A stretch of 64,000 bases of DNA. Origin: Hydrurus foetidus (Eukaryota). This document shows positions 22,099 to 32,595 of the stretch, one piece after another. The notes below the pieces were generated by a model that worked only from the letters and a program-made list of their open reading frames with translations, made no database searches and was not told where the DNA came from. Each line of letters opens with the position of its first letter. Within the stretch, counting starts at the first letter, position 1. A program made the position numbers and the translations under genes. The DNA is taken from NCBI GenBank assembly GCA_900617105.1, contig UYFQ01000001.1:4836001-4900000 (forward strand), read 5' to 3'.

Positions 22099-22370
22099 TC
22101 GGCCAGTGTCGTTCGGGTTGCGTGGTTTGACGACGGCGATTAAGTACCGCCGCTTGTAGTCAACAGGGCATAGTTGGCCTGGTCGGCCTAATTGATGGCG
22201 AGCTGCCAAAACCTGGGTTTGGGTGGCTTGAGCGGTTTTGGGCAACTCAATTCAGCTACGTTTAAATATTACTTAACATAATATACATCGTGGAATGTCA
22301 ATGCAACCATCGCTCCAGCACTAAAACGGCTCAATGCTGAAGCTTGCCGCATGCCTGTGCCACCCAACGG

Positions 22371-23066
22371 TCACCATTTCCCCGGCGACTGCTTGCTGCG
22401 AACGGCCTTTAGCAGCATCTCAACTGAATCGAGCCGGTTACCGCGCTGCGCGAATTGCTGAGCAGTCAGGCCTTGCTGGTTTTTTAACAACGGGTCTGCG
22501 CCTTCTTCGATCAACAGCTTTACGGCATCTGGGGTGCCGTACATGCTGGCCATCATCAGGGGCGTGCTGCCGTTGGGCGACTCGGCGTCTATGTAGGCGT
22601 AGTTTTCGAGCAGCAGCCGAATCATTGGCAACTGGCCGCTGGTGGCGGCGTAATGCAGCGGCGTCCAGCCGGTTTTGTTGACGTCAGCGCCTTTTTTGAT
22701 TAGCACCTCCGCCAATGCAAGTTGCCCTTTGAGCGCGGCCATCATTAACGGGCTTTCGCCTTGGGCGCTGAGGTTGTTGAGCTCAATTTTGGGCGAGGCA
22801 GCCAAAACCTGCGCGACTTTTAATGAAGGCTCTCTGATGGCCAATAACAGGCCAATATTGCCCTTGGCGTCAATCGTGTTGGGATCGAAGCCGCGGTTGA
22901 GTAGCTGCTGGACGGCTGCCGCATCGTCGCGCTGAATGGCACTGAAGAAATCTTCGTACGACCCAGCGAACGATGAATTAAATCCAATTAAAACAAGCCC
23001 GTATAAAGTATTCTTAAAGTAATTTATCAAGATTAAACTCCTGCAGCCGCACGGCTTAGGCGCCAC
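22371..23066 (-). CDS. Ankyrin-repeat protein
   Basis: GESPLMMAA, GWTPLHYAA, GSTPLMMAS repeats; start uncertain. Confidence 0.9.
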   Translation of the reverse strand: MAPKPCGCRSLILINYFKNTLYGLVLIGFNSSFAGSYEDFFSAIQRDDAAAVQQLLNRGFDPNTIDAKGNIGLLLAIREPSLKVAQVLAASPKIELNNLSAQGESPLMMAALKGQLALAEVLIKKGADVNKTGWTPLHYAATSGQLPMIRLLLENYAYIDAESPNGSTPLMMASMYGTPDAVKLLIEEGADPLLKNQQGLTAQQFAQRGNRLDSVEMLLKAVRSKQSPGKW

Positions 23067-23883
23067 CTACTCGATGAATTCGGGGGAAAAGGTCTGTAAA
23101 GTTTTGACTGGTTACCGCCGCAATGGTTTCGATGCTTTGGCCCTTTAATTCGGCGATAAGCTTGGCAATCAGCGGCACATAGGACGGGTTATTGGTTTTG
23201 CCCCGGTGCGGCATGGGCGCCAAATACGGGCTGTCGGTTTCGATCAGCGTGCGGTCAAGCGGCACAAACTGCGCTACTTCCCGCAGGTCAGCTGCGGTTT
23301 TGAAGGTCAAAATGCCTGAAAACGAGATGTAAAACCCCAAGTCGAGCGCGGCCCTGGCTACTTCCATGCTTTCGGTAAAGCAATGAAACACGCCCGGGCT
23401 GGCTGCACTGTCACCCTGCCCGTCGGCAGCGGCAGGGCCAGCGCCCTCCTCTTTCAAAATTGCTATGGTGTCGTTTGAGGCGCTGCGGGTGTGAATCACC
23501 AGCGGCAAACTGGTCTGCCGAGCAGCGCGTATGTGCACCCGAAAACGCTCGCGTTGCCACTCCATGTCGGCAATGGTGCGCTCGCCCAAACGAAAGTAGT
23601 CCAGGCCGGTTTCGCCGATGGCAACGACCCTGGGCAGCGCCGAACGCTGTACCAGGTCATCAACCGTTGGCTCGGTAACGCCTTCGTTGTCTGGGTGCAC
23701 GCCGACGGTCGACCAGAAGTTGCCGTAGCTGGTGGCAAGCGAATGCACCTCTTCAAACTCTTCAAGCGTCGTGCAAATGCACAGCGCCCGGTCGACGAGG
23801 GCATCGGCCATGGCTTGGCGAATTTGGGGCAGTTGTGCTTTGAGCTCGGGAAAGCTCAAATGGCAGTGGGAGTCTGTGAACAT
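23056..23883 (-). CDS. tatD: TatD-family hydrolase
   Basis: DSHCHL, GVHP, GETGLDY, HCFTE, ETDSPYLAP. Confidence 0.93.
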   Translation of the reverse strand: MFTDSHCHLSFPELKAQLPQIRQAMADALVDRALCICTTLEEFEEVHSLATSYGNFWSTVGVHPDNEGVTEPTVDDLVQRSALPRVVAIGETGLDYFRLGERTIADMEWQRERFRVHIRAARQTSLPLVIHTRSASNDTIAILKEEGAGPAAADGQGDSAASPGVFHCFTESMEVARAALDLGFYISFSGILTFKTAADLREVAQFVPLDRTLIETDSPYLAPMPHRGKTNNPSYVPLIAKLIAELKGQSIETIAAVTSQNFTDLFPRIHRVGGA

Positions 23884-23918
23884 TAAAAAAAGCGCTAAAA
23901 GTGGCCTTTTTAGGCATT

Positions 23919-23972
23919 AAATACGGCTGTAGCCCAATAAATACGGGCGCGAGCAGCTATTGAATAAATAGC
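23919..23972 (-). repeat. 54-bp dispersed element, copy 8 (intergenic, pilZ-tatD)
   Basis: Reverse complement: GCTAT-TTATTCA-ATAGCTGCTCGCGCCC-GTATTTATT-GGGCTAC. Confidence 0.9.
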
Positions 23973-24008
23973 GAACAAATAGCGAATAAATAGGAAACAA
24001 CCGGCCTG

Positions 24009-24401
24009 CTAGATCGTTTGCGTGGGCCGATCAGACGCGAGATGGGCGCCTAAGATTTCTTCAATTTTCAACTTGAGTGCGCGCGATTTTTCGTCTGCCG
24101 GAAACCGCACCCCGACCCCTTGCGTTCGGTTACCGGCTGCGCGGGCGGGCGTTACCCAGGCCACTTTGCCGGCAATCGGGTAGCGCTGGGTGTCGTCTGG
24201 CAGCGTCATCAGCACATAAACGTCGGCGCCCAGTTGGTATTCACGCGCGGTGGGGATGAAGATTCCGCCTTCTTGAAACAGCGGAATGTAGGCCGCGTAC
24301 AGCGCCGCTTTTTCTTTGATGGCCAGCTGAATAACGCTGGGGCGCGCAATGGTGGCCGCCAAGGCTGCGGGCTTGCTGCTGGGGGGTGGCGTTGCACTCA
24401 T
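24009..24401 (-). CDS. pilZ: Type IV pilus assembly protein PilZ
   Basis: IKEKAALYAAYIP..GGIFIPT; canonical holB-pilZ-tatD order. Confidence 0.93.
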   Translation of the reverse strand: MSATPPPSSKPAALAATIARPSVIQLAIKEKAALYAAYIPLFQEGGIFIPTAREYQLGADVYVLMTLPDDTQRYPIAGKVAWVTPARAAGNRTQGVGVRFPADEKSRALKLKIEEILGAHLASDRPTQTI

Positions 24402-24430
24402 GCTTGAAGTTTATCGGAATACTTGGCAGA

Positions 24431-25501
24431 TTACCTGGCGCTAAGCGCGATTTTTGCGCGGCTGGCGAGCGACTCCAGCATCAACCCTGCGTTGAATGGA
24501 TGCTCGGCCGTTCTGGCGCTGGCCGCTAGCTCTTTAGACCAATGGCTTAACGCCAAAAGGGCTACTTTGCTGGTGCTGGCTGGCAAATCAGCCACACTGA
24601 AAAACCGGGGCGTGGCCCCAGAGCGGACCGCCCACACGTCGTGGCAAATTTTCTGCAGCGCATCAACCGCTTGCGCGGGTGCCCAGTCGCTCAAAGCAGC
24701 CGCGTCGCCTTTGGCCATGGCTTTGGGCAGCGCTTGCCAGCTTTTGGCAATGGCGCTGGCCTGGCCGCTTTGCAGCCAAGGCAACACGTCGGCCGGGCGG
24801 CCACCACAGGCCGTCAAAAGGGTTTTAAGCTCGTTTGCCGTTGGCGCTTTGCTGGTGTTGCCTGTGCTGCTGATATTGCTGTTACCTGCGGCCAGCCAGG
24901 CCAACGCTTCATCAAACTTGGGCCAAGTCATGGTGTGGCCCAGGCAGCGGCTTCGAATGGTGGGCAGCAACTGGTGCGCTGCTTCGGTGGCTAAAATAAA
25001 TTTAACCGCGCCGGGTGGTTCTTCAAGCGTTTTAAGCAGCGTGTTGGCGGTGATGCCGTTCATGCGCTCTGCGGGGTACACCAGCACTACTTTTGTGGTG
25101 CCGCGCGACCGGGTAAATTGGGTAAACGACACCACATCGCGTGCGGCATCAACTTTGATTTCTTTGCTGGGCTTGCGCTTTTTGCTGTCCAGCTCGTCTT
25201 GCGTTTTTTCGTCTAGCGGCCAGCCCAGCTCAAGGGCCAGCACCTCGGGCAGCAGCACGCTCAGGTCGGCGTGGGTATGCACGCTAACGGCGTGGCAGCT
25301 GGCACATACGCCGCAAGCCCCAATTGGCGTGGGCGCATCGCACAGCCAGGCCTCTGCCAGTGCCAGCGCCAAATCGAACTGGCCCAAGCCCGACGGGCCG
25401 CTAAGCAGCCACGCGTGGCCGCGCTGGGTGAGCAGCGCCTTGAGTTGCGCTTGCAGCCACGGCGGCAGCGTGCCTGTTGGGCTGGGGGCGTTCGTGGTCA
25501 T
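24431..25501 (-). CDS. holB: DNA polymerase III delta' subunit
   Basis: Zn-binding Cxx[21 protein letters not shown]. Confidence 0.93.
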   Translation of the reverse strand: MTTNAPSPTGTLPPWLQAQLKALLTQRGHAWLLSGPSGLGQFDLALALAEAWLCDAPTPIGACGVCASCHAVSVHTHADLSVLLPEVLALELGWPLDEKTQDELDSKKRKPSKEIKVDAARDVVSFTQFTRSRGTTKVVLVYPAERMNGITANTLLKTLEEPPGAVKFILATEAAHQLLPTIRSRCLGHTMTWPKFDEALAWLAAGNSNISSTGNTSKAPTANELKTLLTACGGRPADVLPWLQSGQASAIAKSWQALPKAMAKGDAAALSDWAPAQAVDALQKICHDVWAVRSGATPRFFSVADLPASTSKVALLALSHWSKELAASARTAEHPFNAGLMLESLASRAKIALSAR

Positions 25502-26178
25502 GCGGGCAGCCAGCTTTTTGCTTTGATGGCTTGCTCCAGGTTGTGCCAGACTTCATCGCGGGAAAGCGATGCATCGATTCGGGTGAACCGCTCGGGCTCA
25601 GCCCCGGCTCGTGCCGCGTAGCCCGCTGCGACACGTGTAAAAAACGCCACCGGCTGTGTTTCAAATTTGTCTGGCACGCGCGCGCCTGCCAAGCGTGCGG
25701 CCGCTGCTGCCGGGTCCAGATCAAACCACACGGTGGTGTCGGGCTGCAGCAAACGGCTGGTTTCGGTGTTGAACTGAACCCATTTTTCAAGCGTATGCAG
25801 CAGGGCCAAGTCAAACCCCTGTCCACTGCCCTGGTAGGCAAAAGTGGCGTCGGTAAAGCGGTCGCACAGCACCACATCGCCCCTAGCCAGCGCCGGTGAA
25901 ATGACGCTGGCCAAGTGGTCGCGCCTGGCCGCAAAAATCAACAGCGACTCGGTCAGCGAGTCCATTGCATCGTTGAGCACCATGGCCCGCAGCTTTTCGG
26001 CCAGCGGCGTGCCGCCCGGCTCGCGGGTAAGCGTGACACGGCGACCCGCTTTTGTAAAAGCGGCGGCCAGAGCGGAAATGTGCGTGGATTTGCCCGCGCC
26101 GTCGATGCCTTCAAAACTGATGAACAGCCCGGGGCTGGCCTGATGCAGTGCGTCTGAAGCGGTGGGTACTGAGGTCAT
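25498..26178 (-). CDS. tmk: Thymidylate kinase
   Basis: [23 protein letters not shown]. Confidence 0.96.
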   Translation of the reverse strand: MTSVPTASDALHQASPGLFISFEGIDGAGKSTHISALAAAFTKAGRRVTLTREPGGTPLAEKLRAMVLNDAMDSLTESLLIFAARRDHLASVISPALARGDVVLCDRFTDATFAYQGSGQGFDLALLHTLEKWVQFNTETSRLLQPDTTVWFDLDPAAAAARLAGARVPDKFETQPVAFFTRVAAGYAARAGAEPERFTRIDASLSRDEVWHNLEQAIKAKSWLPA

Positions 26179-26190
26179 TGGGTTATTCAG

Positions 26191-27198
26191 TCACTTGTTT
26201 CTGATGTATTTATTGACCGCCGCGTTGTGCTCTTCCAGGTTGGCACTGAACTGGCTGGTGCCGTCGCCTTTGGCCACAAAGTACAGCGCGCTGGTAGGCT
26301 GCGGCTGCACCGCTGCCAGCAGCGCTGCCTTACCGGGCATGGCAATCGGTGTGGGCGGCAAACCGCCTCGGGTGTAGGTGTTGTAAGGCGTGTCGGCCAG
26401 CAAGTCGCGTTTGCGCAAATTGCCGTCGAATTTGTCGCCTAGGCCGTAAATAACAGTTGGGTCAGTTTGCAGGCGCATATTGATGCGCAACCGGTTGGTG
26501 AATACGCCCGCAATTTGCGCCCTGTCGCTGGGTTTGCCGGTTTCTTTTTCAACAATGCTGGCCAAAGTCAAGGCGTCAAGCGCCGACTTCAGCGGCGTGT
26601 CGGCCGCCCGCAGCGCCCAAGCGGCATCGAGCCGCTTGTCCATGGCTTTGGCAGCGCGTTTGAGCACCGAAAAATCACTGGACTCTTTGGCATAGGTGTA
26701 GGTGTCTGGGAAAAAGCGGCCTTCGGGGTGAATACCCGGTTTACCCAGCTTTTTCATGATCATTTCAAGGCTTAGCCCAACAGAATCGGGCGCGAGCAGC
26801 TCTGCTTTTTGTAGCGCTGCGCGCACTTGGGTAAACGTCCAGCCTTCCACCAGCGTTACGCTTTTCAGGGTTTGGTCGCCACGCACCAACATGCTAAGCA
26901 GGCTGCGCGGCGTGGTGCCGGGCGTGATCTCGTAACTGCCCGCTTTGATCAGCCGCGCCTGGCCAGACAAGCGAAACCACAGTTGCAGCAGTGGCACGCT
27001 AGATTGCGCCCCGCTAGACACCACGTCTTCGGCGATTTGCGTGGCCCGTGTGCCGGGTTCTACTTCAAGGTCAACGACGCTTGCGCCTTCTTTGAGCGTT
27101 AATGCCATAGGTGTGTAAAGCCACCACCCCGCGGCCCCTGCCACAACGCTGCTTGCCAGCAGCAAAAAAATCAAAAATTTAGAAAAAGCCGAACGCAC
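26191..27198 (-). CDS. mltG: Endolytic transglycosylase MltG
   Basis: EGRFFPDTY, LASIVEKET, LQTDPTVIYG, PYNTY. Confidence 0.95.
   Translation of the reverse strand: MRSAFSKFLIFLLLASSVVAGAAGWWLYTPMALTLKEGASVVDLEVEPGTRATQIAEDVVSSGAQSSVPLLQLWFRLSGQARLIKAGSYEITPGTTPRSLLSMLVRGDQTLKSVTLVEGWTFTQVRAALQKAELLAPDSVGLSLEMIMKKLGKPGIHPEGRFFPDTYTYAKESSDFSVLKRAAKAMDKRLDAAWALRAADTPLKSALDALTLASIVEKETGKPSDRAQIAGVFTNRLRINMRLQTDPTVIYGLGDKFDGNLRKRDLLADTPYNTYTRGGLPPTPIAMPGKAALLAAVQPQPTSALYFVAKGDGTSQFSANLEEHNAAVNKYIRNK
26762..26815 (-). repeat. 54-bp dispersed element, copy 9 (inside mltG)
   Basis: Reverse complement: GCTAC-AAAAAGC-AGAGCTGCTCGCGCCC-GATTCTGTT-GGGCTAA; translated as LQKAELLAPDSVGLSLEM. Confidence 0.8.
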
Positions 27199-27318
27199 GA
27201 ACCTGCTACCTTGTGAAATCGTTAAATGTTATTTAGCCGCGACGAAGCTGCTTACCCTGCTGCGGCGAAATTGCATGCTCTGCCAATGCAAAGCTGCGGA
27301 AGCCATGATAATTCAGCC

Positions 27319-28383
27319 ATGACCACACCTCCCCAAGCTACTGATTTACCACCTGCGGGTCACCTGTCGCAAACCCTTGAGAATTCACGCCTGTCGGGTG
27401 TATTGCGATTAAGCCATCTGGGCATCATTCGAGCAATTGGCGAGGAGGCAGGCAAATTCTTGCAAGGCCAGCTGACTCAAGACATCACCGGCCTGGGCTT
27501 AAACCAGGCGCGGCTGGCCGCGTTTTGCAACGCCAAGGGGCGCATGCAGGCGAGTTTTGTGGTGTTTAAGCGCAAAAACGACCACGGGGTTGACGATATT
27601 TTGATGGTGTGCAGCCATGATTTGCTGGCGCAAACCCTCAACCGCTTGAGCATGTTTGTGATGCGGGCCAAGGTCAAGCTCACCGATGCCACGGCGGATT
27701 TCTTGCTTTATGGCCTGTGTGGTGACGCGGCTGAAGCATTAGACGAAGCAGTGGACGAAGTAGATGCTACTGAATCAGGAGCTGCTCGCGCCCGTATTCA
27801 TTGGTCAAAGCATGACATTGATGCTGTAAATGTGATTCAACTCTACCCGGGCGCTGGCGTTGTGCGCAGCTTGTGGTGCGCGCCTGGCCAAACACCCGCG
27901 CCCGCTGGCGCGTTGCTTCCGTTGAATGACTGGCAGTATCTGGAAGTCCAGTCGGGCATTGCCACGATCACGCTGCCGATTTTTGAAGCTTTTGTGCCGC
28001 AAATGCTCAACTATGAATCAGTGGGCGGCGTTAACTTCAAAAAAGGCTGCTATCCGGGCCAGGAAGTGGTGGCGCGCAGCCAGTTCAGGGGCACGCTCAA
28101 ACGCCGGGCTTATCTTGCGAACGTACTGGTTGCAGCGGATGAAGAGCCGTCTCCCTTTATTGGGCAGGAAGTGTTTCACGCCAGTGATGTCGAACAGCCT
28201 TGTGGGCTGGTCGCCGCATACGCTGCGAACCCGGCGGGCGGCTTTGCCTTGCTGGTGTCTATGCAAACCGCTGCAGCGGCGATTGATGCAGCGGCAGGTG
28301 GCTGCCAGCTGCGCTTGGGCAGCAGCACGGGCCCTGCGGTGCAATTGCACAGCTTGCCCTACCCGTTGCTTGAAGATATTTAG
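27319..28383 (+). CDS. ygfZ: Folate-binding protein YgfZ
   Basis: KFLQGQLT; KGCYPGQE signature. Confidence 0.93.
   Translation: MTTPPQATDLPPAGHLSQTLENSRLSGVLRLSHLGIIRAIGEEAGKFLQGQLTQDITGLGLNQARLAAFCNAKGRMQASFVVFKRKNDHGVDDILMVCSHDLLAQTLNRLSMFVMRAKVKLTDATADFLLYGLCGDAAEALDEAVDEVDATESGAARARIHWSKHDIDAVNVIQLYPGAGVVRSLWCAPGQTPAPAGALLPLNDWQYLEVQSGIATITLPIFEAFVPQMLNYESVGGVNFKKGCYPGQEVVARSQFRGTLKRRAYLANVLVAADEEPSPFIGQEVFHASDVEQPCGLVAAYAANPAGGFALLVSMQTAAAAIDAAAGGCQLRLGSSTGPAVQLHSLPYPLLEDI
27766..27819 (+). repeat. 54-bp dispersed element, copy 10 (inside ygfZ)
   Basis: GCTAC-TGAATCA-GGAGCTGCTCGCGCCC-GTATTCATT-GG; translated as ATESGAARARIHW. Confidence 0.9.
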
Positions 28384-28401
28384 CCTGATTGCAGTTATAG
28401 C

Positions 28402-29274
28402 ATGTGTCTGGCTGCATTCGCTATCAATGCCAGCAGCCGGTGGCCGCTGGTACTGGCGTCTAACCGCGACGAATTTTTTGACCGCCCTGCACTGCCCTTG
28501 GCAGCTTGGCAAACCGCAGCCGGACAGCGCATTATTTCTGGCCGTGATGAGCAAGCGGGCGGCTCTTGGTTAGGCATGAGCCCCAACGGGCGAATGGCGC
28601 TGCTGACCAATGTTCGAGAAGCATCGCTACAAGCGCAGCCCCAATCACGTGGTGAATTGGTCATCGACTGGCTGATTGGCACTGGCGATGCACGCAGCTT
28701 TGCAGCAAAAAAAGACGGCTCGCTTTACGGCGGCTTCAACATCGTATTGGGCGACCTGCAGCAAGGCCAATGGTGCGTGTGGAGCAACCGCCCCTCAGGC
28801 GCAACGCCAGTGCTGCCACAACCACTGTCTGATGGTGTGTACGGCCTGTCGAACGCCGCCCTGGACACACCGTGGCCTAAAACCGTTGCTCTTAAATCTG
28901 CCCTTCACACCGCGTTGAATGCGGCAATAAACGCCGCCAGCCCAGCCGAATTGCAGCGTGCGCTTTTTGCGGCGTTGAGCAACCCTGATCGCGCCGCCAT
29001 TGGCGAATTACCGCAAACCGGTGTGCCACTTGAGCTGGAGCATACCTTGTCGAGCGCCCATGTCAGTCTGCCTGAACGAAACTACGGCACTCGCTGCGCA
29101 AGCGTGATTGCGGTGAGCGCAGCGCGTCAAAAAGCCGGCAGAACGGCCAACTTTTGGGACGTCAGCTTCACAGAAACCAGCTTTGTACCGAACCCCGCCG
29201 TGGCAACATCGGAAGCGGTCGCGGCAGTGAATTTCAGTGTGCCCTTGCCTGCAGCAACTTCAGCAACTGATTAA
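28402..29274 (+). CDS. NRDE-family (TANGO2-like) protein
   Basis: MCL start, SNRDEFFDRP, GGSWLG, YGTR. Confidence 0.9.
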   Translation: MCLAAFAINASSRWPLVLASNRDEFFDRPALPLAAWQTAAGQRIISGRDEQAGGSWLGMSPNGRMALLTNVREASLQAQPQSRGELVIDWLIGTGDARSFAAKKDGSLYGGFNIVLGDLQQGQWCVWSNRPSGATPVLPQPLSDGVYGLSNAALDTPWPKTVALKSALHTALNAAINAASPAELQRALFAALSNPDRAAIGELPQTGVPLELEHTLSSAHVSLPERNYGTRCASVIAVSAARQKAGRTANFWDVSFTETSFVPNPAVATSEAVAAVNFSVPLPAATSATD

Positions 29275-31577
29275 AGCCGCGCCAAGTAGGCCGGAGGGAT
29301 TTGCGCTTTCAGTGCATCCCGCTCTTTTTCAGGTGCTGCCGCCATCGCTGACTTATAAGCGGCCAGTGCTTTAACCTCGTCTTTTTTCTGAATCGCGTAA
29401 ATCGCGGCAAGTTTCATGTAGCCGTCTGGCCGGGTGGCCGGGAAGTCTTTGTTGCGCAGCTCCAGGCTTTGCACGGCCATGTCAAAGTCGCCGCCGCGCA
29501 CACCCAGCACGTACCCGGCGTTGACCAGGTCGTAGTCGTACGTGCCCTCTTGCATGTATTGTTTGGCCAGCGCTTTCGCCTCGGGCTCTTGCCCCATGCG
29601 GCTCATCAAAATGACCTTTAACGAACGAATCGACACGGCTTTGGGCTGCAATTTTTCGCCGCGAGCTAAAAATTCGAGCGCCTTTTCGTTGTTTCCCAAA
29701 GTTGCATAGCCACGCGCAATGTTAGACATGATGGCCACTACATAAGGCCGCGACACCACAACCGATTCCCATATAACCACCGCGTTTTTCCAGTCGCCCC
29801 ACTTGGCCAGCTCATCACCCAGCATGGGTGTGATTTTGCGGTAATGGGTATTAATGGCAATGCCTTCTTTGGCCAGCGTCATCATTTCTTTTTTGGTCTT
29901 GTCCCACTTGGGGTTGTTCACGTCTTTTGACTGGGAAATGCCCATCGCCATTTTGACGGCGGTGACGATTTTTTGCTCGGTTGCCGCCGCTTGTTGGCTA
30001 ATGTAGGCCGTCAAGGCCAGGCAAATCATCATGGCAACCGCCAGCAATTGCGAATACGCCGGCCGCCAAGCGAGCCTGGACGCCGCCGCCGGGCCGCGAA
30101 TGTTCAACCGCGCGTCCGACGCGGCCAACAAGGCCAGGCCCAGTGCAAATATGCACCCGGTAGCAGCCAATCGCCACGGGAAACCAATGTTGCTGACAAT
30201 TAAAAACGCCAGCAAACTGGCCAGGGTAATTGCCCGAAGCGGCGCTTCAGCCAAGCCCTCGGGGGTTTTGTTGCGCAGCGTTTTCCACGCGGCTGCCAGC
30301 AGATAGGAAAAAAGCGCAAACAAAAATACCCAACCAACCGCTCCGTACTCGGCCAGCAGTTGCAGGACTTCGTTGTGCACGTAATAGTCGGTTTCTAGTT
30401 GCGTACCTGCGGTTTGGTACAGCGGCAACATGGCTTCCCATGCGCCTGCACCCACGCCCGTAAGGGGAACTGCTTTCACCATGCCGATGGTGGCTTTCCA
30501 CATGACTAAACGAACGCCCAGCGAACCGTCTTGTGCAGAAATCGACGCTGTTCGCTTGAAAGCCATGTCAAAAGGCGTCGTGGCGTTGTTGTAGTCAGCG
30601 CGGTCAGAGATGATTTTGGGGTTGCCTGAGCTGATCAACCCCATCGTGATGATGGTGGCCATCAGCGCGCCTGCTGCCAAAATTCGCCGGCCGCTGTCCC
30701 ACGAGTAAAACGCAAATTGCTTGCGATAAACCGTTAAAACCAGCGGGAAAATCACCAGTACCAGCAACCAGAACGCCGCTAGTGCGCCGCGGGTACCGGT
30801 CATCATCAGCGCAATGACGTTAAACCCCAGCACGAAGGCAAGCAGAGCAATACGTGAGGTGGTCTTGGCCTGGGCCAGCAGGTACAACGTAAACGGGAAG
30901 GTGCACACCACAAATTCGGCAAAAAAGTTACGGTTAACAAAAGTTGACGCCGGGTTGGGCCCCTGCGGAAAATACGTAAAATCAAAATAAAATTGCAGCA
31001 CCGTCCAAAGCGAGCAAACAAAGGCGCCCCAGTGAATGCCTTCAATCAAATACGGCGTGCGTTGCCTGGACAGCGTGTTGATTCCGAGCCACAAAATAAG
31101 GCTGAAAATAAACCAGCGGATAGCCTCGACCCCGCCCAGAAAGGTATGTGACCACACCATGCTGCCCAGCGCATAAAACATCAGCGCCAGCGGCAGCCAC
31201 ATGACGGCGTGCCAGCGCAATCCGTCGCGGCGGTTTCTTTGTTGCCAGAAGAAAAGCAGCCCCGCGCCTACCGCAGCAAAAGACACCACGATGGACTTCA
31301 GTGTGTCTTGCAACATCAACTCGTTCGGCACCCCGATGCTGGGAGCCAAAAACATCATCAGCGCCAAAATGATGACGGTCCAGTCGCCACGCTCAACTTC
31401 AGTAGGTAAGGCTGCGGTTTTGGTGTCAAGCGTCACCGGCCGGATTCGCGCAGCTTGAGCGCGCAAGACTTGCGGCTGTGGTTCCTGCCCTGTGCCTGAG
31501 CCATCGGGGTTGCCCAAGTTGGCGCCATTTTTTGGTTGGCCCGTCGTGTTGTTCGGTATGCGTTTTTTCTTGGCCAT
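29271..31577 (-). CDS. O-antigen-ligase-family membrane protein with C-terminal TPR-like region
   Basis: Many transmembrane helices; STFVNRNFF, TGTRGA, GVGAGAW, HNEVLQLLAEYG. Confidence 0.8.
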   Translation of the reverse strand: MAKKKRIPNNTTGQPKNGANLGNPDGSGTGQEPQPQVLRAQAARIRPVTLDTKTAALPTEVERGDWTVIILALMMFLAPSIGVPNELMLQDTLKSIVVSFAAVGAGLLFFWQQRNRRDGLRWHAVMWLPLALMFYALGSMVWSHTFLGGVEAIRWFIFSLILWLGINTLSRQRTPYLIEGIHWGAFVCSLWTVLQFYFDFTYFPQGPNPASTFVNRNFFAEFVVCTFPFTLYLLAQAKTTSRIALLAFVLGFNVIALMMTGTRGALAAFWLLVLVIFPLVLTVYRKQFAFYSWDSGRRILAAGALMATIITMGLISSGNPKIISDRADYNNATTPFDMAFKRTASISAQDGSLGVRLVMWKATIGMVKAVPLTGVGAGAWEAMLPLYQTAGTQLETDYYVHNEVLQLLAEYGAVGWVFLFALFSYLLAAAWKTLRNKTPEGLAEAPLRAITLASLLAFLIVSNIGFPWRLAATGCIFALGLALLAASDARLNIRGPAAASRLAWRPAYSQLLAVAMMICLALTAYISQQAAATEQKIVTAVKMAMGISQSKDVNNPKWDKTKKEMMTLAKEGIAINTHYRKITPMLGDELAKWGDWKNAVVIWESVVVSRPYVVAIMSNIARGYATLGNNEKALEFLARGEKLQPKAVSIRSLKVILMSRMGQEPEAKALAKQYMQEGTYDYDLVNAGYVLGVRGGDFDMAVQSLELRNKDFPATRPDGYMKLAAIYAIQKKDEVKALAAYKSAMAAAPEKERDALKAQIPPAYLARL

Positions 31578-31650
31578 TAATGACAGTGTGAGGACAGGGT
31601 GAGGACAGGTTCAGCGCCGATTGTCGCTGGTTCGCGGGCGGCAGAAAACC

Positions 31651-32511
31651 TCAGCTTAGCCGCTTGAACATCTCGATATGTGGGATGCCGGCTTCGTCGA
31701 AAGGTTCACCGCGGCTAGCAAAGCCGGCGCGCTGGTAAAAGCCCTCGGCGCTGCGTTGGGCGTGCAGCACGATTTCTGTGTCTGCGCGCTGGACGGCTGC
31801 AGCCGTCAGCGCATCAAGTATGTCGCGGCCAAACCCGGCCCCTCGCATGACGCGCTTGACAGCCATGCGCCCGATTTTTGCGCGGCCCGGCGCGGGTGCC
31901 AGCAAGCGGCCAGTGGCCAGCACCTGCCCCAAACGGTTGCGGGCCACGGCATGAATCGCACCTGCATCGTTGCTGTCGTATTCCAGCTCGAGGGGCACGC
32001 CCTGCTCACCTACAAAAACCTCAACGCGAAGGGCTCCTGCACCCTGACCCAGATCGCGCCAGGTGCCCACGGAAACACTGCACACGCTCTCGCCTGCCTC
32101 GTAGCCTGTGAGAAGTTCACGCAAAAGGACTGGCACAGGCTTCGAGATTTGGGCCTGTGGATCTGCAAAGACGTAGATCAGACTGCCGCTGACCAGCAAC
32201 TCATCACCGCGAAAAGTAGCCGCCGCAAACTCGATCGACGAGCTGCCAATCCGCACGCATTTCAGGCCTATGCTGAGCTGGTCGTCAAACCGGGCCGAGC
32301 CTGCGTATTCCAGGCTCGCTTTTTTGACATACAAGTCGCCGCCCAGCATGTCCATCGCTTGTTCATACGGCAAAGCAAGAGCCCGCCAGTATTCGGCAAT
32401 GGCAGTGTCAAAATACATCAGGTAGTGGGCGTTGAAGACAATTTTTTGCATGTCTACTTCTACCCAGCGAACCCGCAATGGGTGAAAAAATCGAAAATCA
32501 ACTTTTGTCAT
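31651..32511 (-). CDS. YbgC/FadM thioesterase fused to a GNAT acetyltransferase
   Basis: EVDMQKIVFNAHYLMYFD; C-terminal LRVEVFVGEQ...KIGRMAV...FDEAGIPHIEM. Confidence 0.85.
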   Translation of the reverse strand: MTKVDFRFFHPLRVRWVEVDMQKIVFNAHYLMYFDTAIAEYWRALALPYEQAMDMLGGDLYVKKASLEYAGSARFDDQLSIGLKCVRIGSSSIEFAAATFRGDELLVSGSLIYVFADPQAQISKPVPVLLRELLTGYEAGESVCSVSVGTWRDLGQGAGALRVEVFVGEQGVPLELEYDSNDAGAIHAVARNRLGQVLATGRLLAPAPGRAKIGRMAVKRVMRGAGFGRDILDALTAAAVQRADTEIVLHAQRSAEGFYQRAGFASRGEPFDEAGIPHIEMFKRLS

Positions 32512-32595
32512 ATCTGGCTACCATCTGGCCGTCGTTAGTTTGCCTTGATGGTACAAGCTACAGCCCGCATTTAATTTCTCGAAAGCAACCGATCC

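Noticed and set aside
24423..32538. Long antisense ORFs (e.g. 24423-25526, 31678-32538; also 9725-10384 and 51195-51938)
   Set aside because: Shadows of well-supported genes in GC-rich codon usage, with no recognisable motifs
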